In this document: positions 38,410 through 48,428 of the stretch, piece by piece | How the letters are laid out: the number at the start of each line of letters is the position of its first letter | Position numbering within the stretch: position 1 is the first letter of the stretch | Source: Flaviaestuariibacter sp. | GTDB lineage: Bacteria > Bacteroidota > Bacteroidia > Chitinophagales > Chitinophagaceae | DNA: 64,000 nucleotides | NCBI GenBank assembly: GCA_025963645.1 | Contig: JAOQAI010000015.1 | Coordinates: 137,827-201,826, forward strand | Direction: 5' to 3' | Translations under genes and position numbers: made by a program | The notes under the pieces: model-generated | What the model was told of the DNA's origin: nothing | Databases searched by the model: none | The model's input: the letters and a program-made list of their open reading frames with translations, nothing else

Positions 38410-39141
38410 ATGGCATTATATGATTCAATAGGGGAAGGCTATATCAATTACCGCATTCCTGATAGCCGAATATCCTCACAGATAAATCTTGCTTTAGGAG
38501 GCGCGAAAAAGGTGGTGAACGTAGGTGCTGGCACGGGATCCTACGAACCGCTCGACAGAGAAGTGATCGCAGTAGAGCCCTCCGATCTTATGATCGCCCA
38601 ACGTCCCAGAGGGTCAGCGCCTGTAATCAAGGCATCTGCAGAAAGCTTGCCCTTCGAAAACAAAAGTTTTGATGCGGCAATGGCTATTCTTACCATTCAC
38701 CACTGGTCAGATTGGAGAGCGGGTATTCAAGAAATGCTACGGGTAGCTGGTAAGGTAGTAATCTTTACCTGGGACCCGGTATTTGAAGGCTTTTGGTTGA
38801 CACGCGATTACTTCCCGGAGGTGCTTCGCATTGATAAGCAGATATTTCCACCGGTTGATAAAATCATTTCTCTCATTGGGAACGCGAATTCCAAAGTCAT
38901 TCCGATACCAGGCGATTGTACCGATGGTTTTGGATCCGCTTATTGGAACCGTCCCGAGGCCTACCTGAATGAGAGCGTGCGGAAATCCATGTCCACCTTC
39001 GCGAGGCTCGGAAACATAGAAGATGTTATCCAACGATTAAAATCGGACCTTGATACCGGAATGTGGCAGGGTAAATACGGGCATCTGCTCACTTTAAAGG
39101 AAATGGATTTGGGTTTCAGGATTATTTCCTCTGTTGAATAG
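38410..39141 (+). CDS. Class I SAM-dependent methyltransferase
   Basis: VNVGAGTG, AVEPS, AESLPF..FDAA, IHHW. Confidence 0.93.
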   Translation: MALYDSIGEGYINYRIPDSRISSQINLALGGAKKVVNVGAGTGSYEPLDREVIAVEPSDLMIAQRPRGSAPVIKASAESLPFENKSFDAAMAILTIHHWSDWRAGIQEMLRVAGKVVIFTWDPVFEGFWLTRDYFPEVLRIDKQIFPPVDKIISLIGNANSKVIPIPGDCTDGFGSAYWNRPEAYLNESVRKSMSTFARLGNIEDVIQRLKSDLDTGMWQGKYGHLLTLKEMDLGFRIISSVE

Positions 39142-39392
39142 GTATGGTAAGTAACCAAAAAATAAATGTTGTTTTTCAAAAATCCGTAGCAATTGGAAAG
39201 TAGAAGTCCTGTTGATTTTCGTAAGATTAATCATGGCAGAATAAAGAGGCTATCTTAATCCCTTTCAAAAAAAGTAGCATAGACAGAATGCAAAATGTTC
39301 AATTTTATGAACAGAAATATGCTTTTAAAATACACAGGATGACACTACTGAATTAACTTTAAGCAGGAAATCACTTTATTGAACCTGAAAAT

Positions 39393-40418
39393 ATGACTAT
39401 GCAAATGAATAGCTTTCGATCAAGAATAACAGCTTGCTTTGTTATTGTTTATCTTATAATGTCAACGATATTTATATCCTGCGCTGACAATAAGGCACCG
39501 GAGCAGACGCCACAATCCAAAACAATAACTGAAGAACACCTGGATTATTTTAGTACTGCCCTTACTGAGAAGTCTATCCCTGTTGCATCAAATGCAGATA
39601 CGATTGGATTGGGAAGCGGTGTTAATGGTTTTTTGCTTAGAAAGGCTTTTCCAAATCTGGTCCCAGCCGATTTTGAAGGTGTTCTGGGCCGGCAAGGAAA
39701 TTATTCCGTTCGTAATGGTGAACTTTCCTTTGAAGGAAACGCTGCTTCCACGTCAGCTAACCTGACAGAAGAGGGTTTTAAAAGACTGTTGGAAAACTGT
39801 TCAAATAGGTTGAAAATACCTGTAACGGGGCGGCGGGATGTTGACACTATCCTGTCAAGACTATCCGGGGGGCAGACGGATTCAATGGGAGGTAGTGAAC
39901 AAAAAGCTGGTACCTGGGATGCTGTTTATAAGAAGTATATTCCTTTAAACCTGAAAGATTACATCATAAAAAATCATCCCGGGTGGTCAATTCCTGACCG
40001 TTATAGATGGCATCCGAATTTATTTGATAAATACAGGACCGAAAATGCAGTTCCACCAATAGTTTCCGGCGACTTTGACTGCAATGGAAGTACGGATTAC
40101 GCTCTCTTAATGGATAAGAATAAAAAAGGCCTGGCAGTCATGCTTTTCCTGGGGAACGGGCCATCCTTTTCCTCCCAGATCCTGACCCAGAACCTCGTAC
40201 ATGATGTGCCTAAAATTGAATATGTTTTAAGCATCGTAAAGCCCGGGGTCTATAAAACCATTGACCCGGACCGGGAGGCAGATTCGCCGCCTGTGAAGCT
40301 TCAATGTCCTTCTATCGGTATCGGACTTTTCAAAGAACTGTATGACGGGAGCCGGGATGTATATTACTTCGACAAAGGAGAACTTAAGTCTTGTCTCATT
40401 GACAACACTTATAAATAG
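39393..40418 (+). CDS. Lipoprotein with FG-GAP-like GDFDCNGSTDY motif
   Basis: Lipobox FISC; Ca-loop-like motif. Confidence 0.7.
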   Translation: MTMQMNSFRSRITACFVIVYLIMSTIFISCADNKAPEQTPQSKTITEEHLDYFSTALTEKSIPVASNADTIGLGSGVNGFLLRKAFPNLVPADFEGVLGRQGNYSVRNGELSFEGNAASTSANLTEEGFKRLLENCSNRLKIPVTGRRDVDTILSRLSGGQTDSMGGSEQKAGTWDAVYKKYIPLNLKDYIIKNHPGWSIPDRYRWHPNLFDKYRTENAVPPIVSGDFDCNGSTDYALLMDKNKKGLAVMLFLGNGPSFSSQILTQNLVHDVPKIEYVLSIVKPGVYKTIDPDREADSPPVKLQCPSIGIGLFKELYDGSRDVYYFDKGELKSCLIDNTYK

Positions 40419-40505
40419 AAAAACCGACAGTAAATAAGAAGTTAATCACTCTGAAATTAATTGGTCAAGCAGTTAAAGTCACCTTCAAAACATACCTATA
40501 GTGCG

Positions 40506-41522
40506 ATGAAACTTCATGCCTCCATGTGCTTATTCAGGTGCGCCTCTAGTGTCCTGTATTTTGTAGCCTTGGTTGGAACGGTTTCCCCTTCTTGCCATCA
40601 AAAGGAGCCAGAAATACAAGAAAAAAGGTCAGCTTTACCAGCTTCTGAATCTTACAGAATCAGTAAAGAAATACCAATTTGGACCGGCTCAATACCCGAT
40701 TCTCATTTGATAAACGGCAAGGAAACCTACAATGATGGAATGGTAAGAGATGTTTCTAATCCTACCATTAAAATATTTTCTCCCGTCAAAGAGAAAAATA
40801 CTGGCGTTGCCGTTTTTGTCTATCCGGGCGGAGGATATACCAAACTGGCCATCGAGTTAGAAGGTTCAGAAATATGTGAATGGTTAGCCTCCATCGGTGT
40901 TACCGGCATATTGCTTAAATACCGGGTACCTGCATCAGGTCCCTATCACAACCGTGAATGTGATTGTGAAAGGGACCCGGTTAAGCCCCTGGCGTTGCAG
41001 GATGCACAGCGAGCTATGGGACTTGTTCGTCACCGGGCAAAGGAGTGGGGGATTGATCCGGAAAAAATTGGAGTGATGGGTTTTTCAGCCGGTGGCCACC
41101 TGGTGGCAGATGTAGGTACCAATTACAGAAAACGAATTTATTCTTTAAGGGATGAAGCAGACCGGGTAAGTTGCCGTCCAGATTTTGGAATCGCCATGTA
41201 TCCCGGACATATGACTTTCCATACGACAAAGCCTTACGAGTTGAATAAAAACCTGCCCGTAGACCAGGAGACACCTCCGATGTTTATTTTGCAGGCAGGC
41301 AATGATAATATAGATACGATACAACATTCACTGGTCTATTATATTTCACTTAAAAAAGCGGGCGTGCATGCTGAATACCATATTTATGCAGAGGGCGGAC
41401 ATGCCTTTGGCTTAAATGAATCCGCCCAAAAAGTTCCCAATTGGAAAGCGTTGCCAATTGCAGATTGGGAAGCATTGGTGAAACGTTGGTTACAGACAAT
41501 AAATATGACACCTCGAAAATAA
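40506..41522 (+). CDS. Alpha/beta hydrolase (carbohydrate esterase-like)
   Basis: PGGGY, GFSAGGH nucleophile elbow, GGHAFG; start probably ATG 40506. Confidence 0.9.
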   Translation: MKLHASMCLFRCASSVLYFVALVGTVSPSCHQKEPEIQEKRSALPASESYRISKEIPIWTGSIPDSHLINGKETYNDGMVRDVSNPTIKIFSPVKEKNTGVAVFVYPGGGYTKLAIELEGSEICEWLASIGVTGILLKYRVPASGPYHNRECDCERDPVKPLALQDAQRAMGLVRHRAKEWGIDPEKIGVMGFSAGGHLVADVGTNYRKRIYSLRDEADRVSCRPDFGIAMYPGHMTFHTTKPYELNKNLPVDQETPPMFILQAGNDNIDTIQHSLVYYISLKKAGVHAEYHIYAEGGHAFGLNESAQKVPNWKALPIADWEALVKRWLQTINMTPRK

Positions 41523-41772
41523 GCGCACATTATGTTGCTCAGAAGTTTGGATAATAGGTGCGACACTATTTTTAAGATGTTACGATAGAACCAAGAATTG
41601 TGAAAACGTTTGTTAACTACATTCATGGTAGTAAAGACAGGGAGACTTTCGGATTGGAAGTCCGGAATAAACATTCCAATTTTACGTTCATATAGTTTGA
41701 ACCTATAATTTCTCTTTAGGATTGTTTGTCTAACAACTACGCTTGTTGCTAATGCGGAATTCAATAATTTAA

Positions 41773-42646
41773 ATGATGAATACTCGAGCCTCTGTGACAA
41801 TGCTAATTTGTTTTCTGCAGCTTTCTTGTGGAGTAACCTCCCGAACAGTTGTACAGGGCAAGCATAAGTTAGATAGTCAAAACTCTGTACAGGTTATCAA
41901 AGAAGTAAACAGGCATTTTCAGATATGGCGTTCAGGGTAGCATCACCCTTTATGATAACAGTAAAGGCATTTATATTACCAGTGATTCCCTGGATATGCG
42001 ACGCATGAATTATCCTGCGTCTACCTTCAAGATTATAAATCTACTGATCGCTCTGGAAACTGGTGTCGTCAGCAATATAGAGGAGATAATTAAGTGGCAA
42101 GGAAATGTACCTGATTCCTCACGCTATGGACTGCGTCCATCCATTTACCATGATATGACGGTAAGGGAGGCCTTTACGGTTTCGGCAGGGTGGGCTTTTG
42201 CAGATTTGGCAAAAAGGGTTGGCAAAAAGAATTACCTGTACTATCTGAAAGCCTGCGGTTATGGAAATGCAGCGTATTCCCCTGATGATGTTGACTTCTG
42301 GAATTTTGGTCCCCTGCAAATCTCACCTCTTAACCAGGTACAATTTCTCAGACAGATGTATGAGGGTGAGGTACCATTTTCTAAAAAAAATATCGACATT
42401 GTAAAAATTTTAATGGTCACCGAAAAAACAGCTGATTACATCATTCATTCCAAAACCGGATGGTCAAAACAAGGGGAGCGGGAACTGGGCTGGTGGACGG
42501 GCTACCTGGAAAAAGAGGGTAAGGTTTACTTTTTTGCAACCCGTATCACACAGCCATCTAAAAACAGTCGGTCCTTTGATACAAAATTTGGAAAATCAAG
42601 AAAAGAGATCACCTTTCTTATTTTAAAGGATCTGAATGTCATTTAA
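41773..42646 (+). pseudogene. blaOXA: Class D (OXA-type) beta-lactamase-like lipoprotein, frameshifted near 41925
   Basis: ATG 41773 leader with LSC lipobox shifts into GVQGSITLYD..PASTFK; YGN, FW..GPLQISP, KTG, GWWTG. Confidence 0.85.
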
Positions 42647-42968
42647 TTTTTCTTTCCGGATAGGGGAGCAATGTCATACAATCTTTTTACTTCAGCTATA
42701 CTCTTAATTGAGTAGTAGGATAGAGTGCATTCATTTAAAAGATCAGTGTAATTCAAAAATACAGCTTTAAAAAAAAGCTTCAACCATTCCATCTATTCAC
42801 GTTATTGTAGTTTCAGCTTCCTGCAAATCTTGTCAATTTGTCCTCTTTGGTGGAGGTGGTCCAAAGTAGTTCCTATTTCTTCCTGTCCATACACTGTGAA
42901 GCCATTATAGGATGATCAGCGAATCTTATTTAGGAACAGTTTTATATTTTTACTTATACTCATACATT

Positions 42969-43868
42969 ATGAATGAATTTTTAAAAACTTCAAACAAAAA
43001 ACAGTACAAACCGGAACTAACAAATTCAGTAAAAAGAATAGGTAGCACAATTTCAGTTAATCACTTTGCCCCATTTATTCCGTTACCAGCAACCATCCTG
43101 GGAACTTGTACAATGATATATTTTGATGTACCAACTTATATTTGGCTATTAAACATAACTTTTGTTTGTCTTGGCACTTTCACTTCACTATTCTTTTTAA
43201 GAAATCCAATCCTACCAAAGAAATCCAATCCGTTTATAGTTTTTGTAATCTTAATAATTTTACTGTTAGGGACTTTCTACGACAATGGAATTATGAATGT
43301 GCATCGCTGGATAAATTTTGGGTCATTGCAACTGAACATAGGCTTACTTGTTTCTCCCTTGATGCTGATACAAATTTCAAGGATTACCAACCCTAAACTT
43401 GCTATTTTATTTAGTGCCATAGCAACAATAATTTTTTTTCTGCAACCGGATGCATCGTTGGTATCAGCATTTTCTGTTTCAATCTTTGTTTTGTTGCTTA
43501 GAAAATTCAAAGCCGAGGTTTTTACAATATCATACTTGCTTTTCACCTTGTTTATGGTCAGCTACGCTTGGTACAACTTAGATAATTTAGAACCGGTTAG
43601 TTATGTGGAAAACATCATTAGTTTGACGAAGGAAATTTCAATGGCTTTATATTTGGGATCATTGATTTCGTTGCTTTTATTGATCATTCCATTTATATAT
43701 TATTCTAAGAAAGATGACTTATCTATTTCTTTGGGCATCTATTTCTTAGTGTTACTACTTGCCACATTATTTGGGCATTTTCCTGTTATGCTAATGGGGT
43801 ATGGAATTTCACCTATAATTGGGTATTTCATCGGTTTAATTTGGCAAATCAATACTAGTAAAACATAG
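42969..43868 (+). CDS. Short FtsW/RodA (SEDS)-like membrane protein
   Basis: VHRWINFGSLQL, LQPDA, PVMLMGYGIS resemble SEDS motifs; start uncertain. Confidence 0.6.
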   Translation: MNEFLKTSNKKQYKPELTNSVKRIGSTISVNHFAPFIPLPATILGTCTMIYFDVPTYIWLLNITFVCLGTFTSLFFLRNPILPKKSNPFIVFVILIILLLGTFYDNGIMNVHRWINFGSLQLNIGLLVSPLMLIQISRITNPKLAILFSAIATIIFFLQPDASLVSAFSVSIFVLLLRKFKAEVFTISYLLFTLFMVSYAWYNLDNLEPVSYVENIISLTKEISMALYLGSLISLLLLIIPFIYYSKKDDLSISLGIYFLVLLLATLFGHFPVMLMGYGISPIIGYFIGLIWQINTSKT

Positions 43869-44288
43869 TGCCAAAGGAAAATATTGCTGAAAGAGGTGAT
43901 AAGTAACAACGATCTGGTACCCCCCGTTTTGTAAAAGTCGGGCTTACGATTTCTATGAAAGTGAGATGCTAAATTCAAGCTTTTTGCTAATGAGGTTTTG
44001 TGCTGAAAAACCTTGCCTTTACATGGGGTCAAACGTTATAGGCAATGTTAGATGACCTCATAATCCCACACTTGTAAAGTATGCAGTGGGTTACCCTGAC
44101 AAACTTTCATCGCAAATTGCGCGACAACCAGAGGCAGCTTTTTATCAACTTTTAAGGGGCGGTCCTTCTCTGACTTTTAAAGTTTATCACTGACAGGTAA
44201 ACATCTAACACGACTATAATGATTGGCACCAGGACTTTTTTTGCCAAATGAAAAATGCCAGGCAAATAACGATTTCTAACCTTGTTTA

Positions 44289-44357
44289 ATCGAGGAATTT
44301 ATTGACTACATTTTACAGTTTGGCAATTTGAACAATCAACAAATGGACTTGATATAA
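44289..44357 (+). pseudogene. N-terminal remnant of a Crp/Fnr-family regulator
   Basis: Reads (I)EEFIDYILQFGNLNNQQMDLI*, like the N-termini of Bacteroidetes Crp-type regulators (cf. 58671). Confidence 0.5.
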
Positions 44358-44403
44358 CGTAATTCAAATATAGCTGCAGTTAAATATGCTGCAACCATTT
44401 CAT

Positions 44404-44964
44404 CTATTCATGCTCTTGTGGATTCAGGATCCTCCAAATGCTGTCAATTTTTACTTTTTTGTTAATATGATACAAAGTGGTAGTAGTATCTTCCACCCCA
44501 TATTCTATAAGCCCATTGTCATTTTTAAGGAGGAGCAAAGGTTTAGATTTGACATTCGAAATTTGCAATGCAGCGGTTTTTGGTACAACTTTATGGACTT
44601 CATAAGATGTATCTGCCACAAATCCAAAAGACTGTATTACCTCAACAGAATCAAAATGCAATAAGAGATCCTTTTCCTGCACCGAAAATTTTCCTTTAGA
44701 AAAGTTATCCCCTTCTAAACAGTAGGAAATAAAAATAAAGCTACTGTCTTTATAAAAAGCAAGATTGCTTGTACAACAATCGCAGGGCGCTTCCCCCTTA
44801 TAGGCAGCAGAATCTAAAAAAGGGCTAAAGGAAAACACTTTACCAGAGAAGCCTGGTATTGGGTTTCCTTTTCTATTCGAAACCTTGGAAGTGCAGGCTA
44901 TAAATAGAACAATAAGCAGCCAAGCGATTATTTGCGATTTAATTTTCATTATTATGTAGTTCAT
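44404..44964 (-). CDS. Hypothetical lipoprotein
   Basis: Lipobox FIAC; CDCC..C motif. Confidence 0.75.
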   Translation of the reverse strand: MNYIIMKIKSQIIAWLLIVLFIACTSKVSNRKGNPIPGFSGKVFSFSPFLDSAAYKGEAPCDCCTSNLAFYKDSSFIFISYCLEGDNFSKGKFSVQEKDLLLHFDSVEVIQSFGFVADTSYEVHKVVPKTAALQISNVKSKPLLLLKNDNGLIEYGVEDTTTTLYHINKKVKIDSIWRILNPQEHE

Positions 44965-44981
44965 TACAAAAACAAAATAAT

Positions 44982-45055
44982 CTGGCCAGCAAGTGTTTAT
45001 CTTTTTTCAGCAATCGAGAATACCCTCACTTCGGGTATCGCATTTTTTCAATTTT
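44982..45055 (+). repeat. Dispersed degenerate intergenic repeat, copy C
   Basis: gtttatcttttttcagcaatcgagaataccctcacttcgggtatcgcattttttcaatttt. Confidence 0.75.
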
Positions 45056-45898
45056 CTACTCCAAAATTATATGATTCGAGTTCGGGGAAAGAGTAGGGCA
45101 AAATTCAGCATTTTGCTTTAGAACATAAAATTTAAAGCATTTAATTTCAATGTCTTATAATTACTACATGTGACTTATATCATAAGTATAAAGAGTATAC
45201 AAGACTGCGGCACGTTCAACTTTTTATTTTATAAAAAATGTGATGAAATACTAGAGCATAATACATTATTTAAAATACGTTTTCAAAGCATGTTCTATGT
45301 TGTATTATGGTGGGTTGTTCTTGATTACAAGCAATAATAAATTTCGTGCTGCCTTTTTTGGATAAAGGCAAAAAACAGTTCGGATTTGGTTAATTGAAAA
45401 AAATCAATTCTCTTTAGTATTAAAATATTCTTCTAAAAGTCAAACTTATTGCTTTTTGATACTGGGAACACGGTTGTACGACTTCAATGGTCACCAAACC
45501 TCCAGTAGTGCTAATTCGGCCCCTGATTGTGATTACTAATAAGACGTTCTTTAGTTGGTTGTATAAGGGTTATTTTTTTTAATGCTGTTAATTACTAAAG
45601 TCTCACCTTCCAGATACTAACTAAAGGGGGAGCGTTGTGCTGATTGGAGCAAGTAAAATATCACTATTTAGACGTATGGCAAACAGAAGGTATTTTATCT
45701 TCTTCTAAGTAATATGTTGCATTCATGAACCATTCCGCAAAGGCTTCATACTAGCTGTCCTATTACTACTTTGATGTTTTTAACCAGAAATCTAACTGAT
45801 AATTGATGTATAATAATTACTCAATGATGGCACTTTAGAACAGGCATGGATTCTTATACAAGAAAATAAAAACTAAAACCAAAACCAAAACTACCAAT

Positions 45899-48424
45899 AT
45901 GCAAAAGTCCACACCAATCAAAACCGACTTGTTTCGCTTCATAACTTTCAGGAGCCCGGAACAGCTTACGTTTCAAAATAAAAACCTTCGGTTTGTAACG
46001 CATCCGGATTTGCAAAAAAGCATTGTCAATGCCTGCCCTTTGCCAACAGGTAAAGAAGCTACAAAAGTTAAATTGGAAGAATTTACCAAACGGTTTCCAG
46101 CATTTTCAAGCAAACTTGAAGTAAGAAACATAAATCCTGCATTATTTGATTTTGCAAATAATGCGCTAAAGAAGAAGATATCCCTTAATGGCATTGAACA
46201 AGAGGGAAAAGAGAAGATGCAAACCCTGTCGGCCGAACAGGAAACGAAACTTTTTGATGCATTGATAGGGGAAGTCATTTCAAAAAAATCGAAAGAGGTA
46301 AGACAATCTATTGGTCAATTATTAATCGTAAATCACGCTTTAAAGCATTCTAAGCCTTTGGTTGAAATAGGGGTTCGCAAACTTGCCGATATAAAAATTG
46401 AAATCCCCTATCAGGCAATAGAATGCTACAAGCCGTGGTGGTTCAATCGTTGTGGTGGGAGCCTGGAGGGTGTTCAAAATTTAGGTATTGCAGATTTCAG
46501 AAGAGTTGAACAAGAAGTATGTTGCTATGTGCCAGGTGAAGTGTCCCATATAGAAAATATCATGGCAAAAGAATACAAAGAACGCAGTACAAGAAATTAT
46601 GTGAGAACCGAAATTTCACTCGAAACAAACCGAGAAACGGAAATTGAAACCCTCAACGATGTAACAACAGCTACCAGGAATGAAATTAGTTCTGAAATAG
46701 CACAAGTTTTGGAGCAGGAGAAAAGTTCTAACTATGGCGGTTCCTTAGGTGTTTCAGCTGAATATATGAAGGCACAGATTGATGTCAACGCCTATGCTGA
46801 TTTTGCCACTTCTAATTCATCTTCCTATTCTAATACGGAAGCCAAAACCTATGCAGAAGACGTCACCAAAAGGGCACTAGAAAAAATAGTTCAAAAAACT
46901 TCAGAAAAAAGAACCTCAAAAATCATAAAAGAATTTGAGGAAAATAACAAGCATGGCTTTGACAATAGAAACGGCGATAAGCATGTAACAGGTATTTACA
47001 GGTGGATTGATATAATCTATACGAACAGACTGGTGAATTATGGCAAACGCTTAATGGTTGAATTTATGGTTCCGGAGCCCGCTGAATTCTATAAGCGTGC
47101 TCTAAAATATAAACCCATCGATACAAAAAACGAGTCCGTTGATGTCTCAGATCCTCCTAAGAAACTGGAAGAATTTCAGCTTACTAAACCGGCTGATATT
47201 ACCGCGCAGAACATCTCCAATGCAGCAAGTTACTACGGTGTTACCCTGAATACTTTGCCTGCAAGCGAAATTATCCTTACAAAGGATTTATCGCCGATCT
47301 CTATGGTGGACCATAACCGAAATATCAACACGCAAAGTCTATCTGCTATTAATGTTCCAAACGATTATGAAGCCGCTACGGTTATTGGTTCTTATACTTA
47401 TGAGTACCGTGCTGGTAGTAGTACAAGTGCGCAGCAGGCATTTTGTGATTTTACTTTTGGCGGAAATATAATTTATAGCGGGAAAGATTACTCTGGCACG
47501 AAGAAGTCAAAAACCGTAAGCATTAGTGTGACTTTCAATCCAAATATTGGTGGCACCATTCCGGTAAGCGTTGGCTATTCGGGTTGCTTTGGGTTTTACG
47601 GGGCCGTGAGCGTTAAATGCGTTTTAAAGGCCTCAGTAACATCGGACTGGCAAACTGAATGTTATAATAGGCTATTAGCGGCATACAATAGAAAACTGGA
47701 TGACTACAATGCGGAACAGGCAGCAAATTCCCAGGCAGGAGGTATCACCGGCTCAGAGGAGGAGAAGCGTACAAACCCGGCACTAAACCGCATCATTGAA
47801 CAAAGAGAATTGAAAAGGATTTGTATTGAAATGCTCATTAAGCCCTTTTGCAAAGTTCAGGGCAGAAAAAATTTTACGGATCAAAACGCTTGCGATTTAT
47901 ATCAAATACCACAAGTAAATCAAACTAAAGAATTTACGGAGTATGCTTCAATGGTTAAGTTTTTTGAGCAGGCAATCGATTGGCAAATCATGTCTTATTT
48001 GTTTTACCCCTACTACTGGGCAGACAAATGCGATTGGGCGGGTTTAATGCAAAGCGAAAGTGATGATGCTGTATTTCAGGCCTTCTTACAAAGCGGAATG
48101 GCCAGATTAGTGGTACCCATCCGTCTTCAGTTTACCGAAGCCTTTGCATATTATTTAGAAACGGGAGAAATATGGTTGGGTAATGAACTGGTGGCAGGTA
48201 CCCCCAGCGATTTATATTTATCCATAGCGGAGGAAATGCAAACCCTTGAAGGAGCCGTTGAAGAAGAATGGGAAACAAGGGTGCCTACTAGTTTGGCAAT
48301 TGTACAAGATAAATCTGCAAAATTGGAGGAAGAAGGCTTGCCTTGTTGCCATAAAGTGGAAAACGAGGAAACTACCACTAATATTTCGGGATCGGAAAAT
48401 ATTTTGGAAATTATAAAGCCCTAA
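45899..48424 (+). CDS. Large uncharacterised protein, possibly pore-forming/toxin-like
   Basis: 841 aa, no signal peptide; GIADFRRVEQEVCCYVPGEVSHIEN and FFEQAIDW..YPYYW..FLQSGMAR blocks; Ser/Thr-rich alternating hairpin. Confidence 0.8.
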   Translation: MQKSTPIKTDLFRFITFRSPEQLTFQNKNLRFVTHPDLQKSIVNACPLPTGKEATKVKLEEFTKRFPAFSSKLEVRNINPALFDFANNALKKKISLNGIEQEGKEKMQTLSAEQETKLFDALIGEVISKKSKEVRQSIGQLLIVNHALKHSKPLVEIGVRKLADIKIEIPYQAIECYKPWWFNRCGGSLEGVQNLGIADFRRVEQEVCCYVPGEVSHIENIMAKEYKERSTRNYVRTEISLETNRETEIETLNDVTTATRNEISSEIAQVLEQEKSSNYGGSLGVSAEYMKAQIDVNAYADFATSNSSSYSNTEAKTYAEDVTKRALEKIVQKTSEKRTSKIIKEFEENNKHGFDNRNGDKHVTGIYRWIDIIYTNRLVNYGKRLMVEFMVPEPAEFYKRALKYKPIDTKNESVDVSDPPKKLEEFQLTKPADITAQNISNAASYYGVTLNTLPASEIILTKDLSPISMVDHNRNINTQSLSAINVPNDYEAATVIGSYTYEYRAGSSTSAQQAFCDFTFGGNIIYSGKDYSGTKKSKTVSISVTFNPNIGGTIPVSVGYSGCFGFYGAVSVKCVLKASVTSDWQTECYNRLLAAYNRKLDDYNAEQAANSQAGGITGSEEEKRTNPALNRIIEQRELKRICIEMLIKPFCKVQGRKNFTDQNACDLYQIPQVNQTKEFTEYASMVKFFEQAIDWQIMSYLFYPYYWADKCDWAGLMQSESDDAVFQAFLQSGMARLVVPIRLQFTEAFAYYLETGEIWLGNELVAGTPSDLYLSIAEEMQTLEGAVEEEWETRVPTSLAIVQDKSAKLEEEGLPCCHKVENEETTTNISGSENILEIIKP

Positions 48425-48428
48425 AGAT

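Noticed and set aside
42802-42912. Minus-strand fragment SYNGFTVYGQEEIGTTLDHLHQRGQIDKICRKLKLQ*, DinB-like tail
   Set aside because: No start, and only a weak motif resemblance
45678-45713. Possible fifth half-copy of the dispersed repeat
   Set aside because: Only the AT-rich left half resembles the consensus; could be chance
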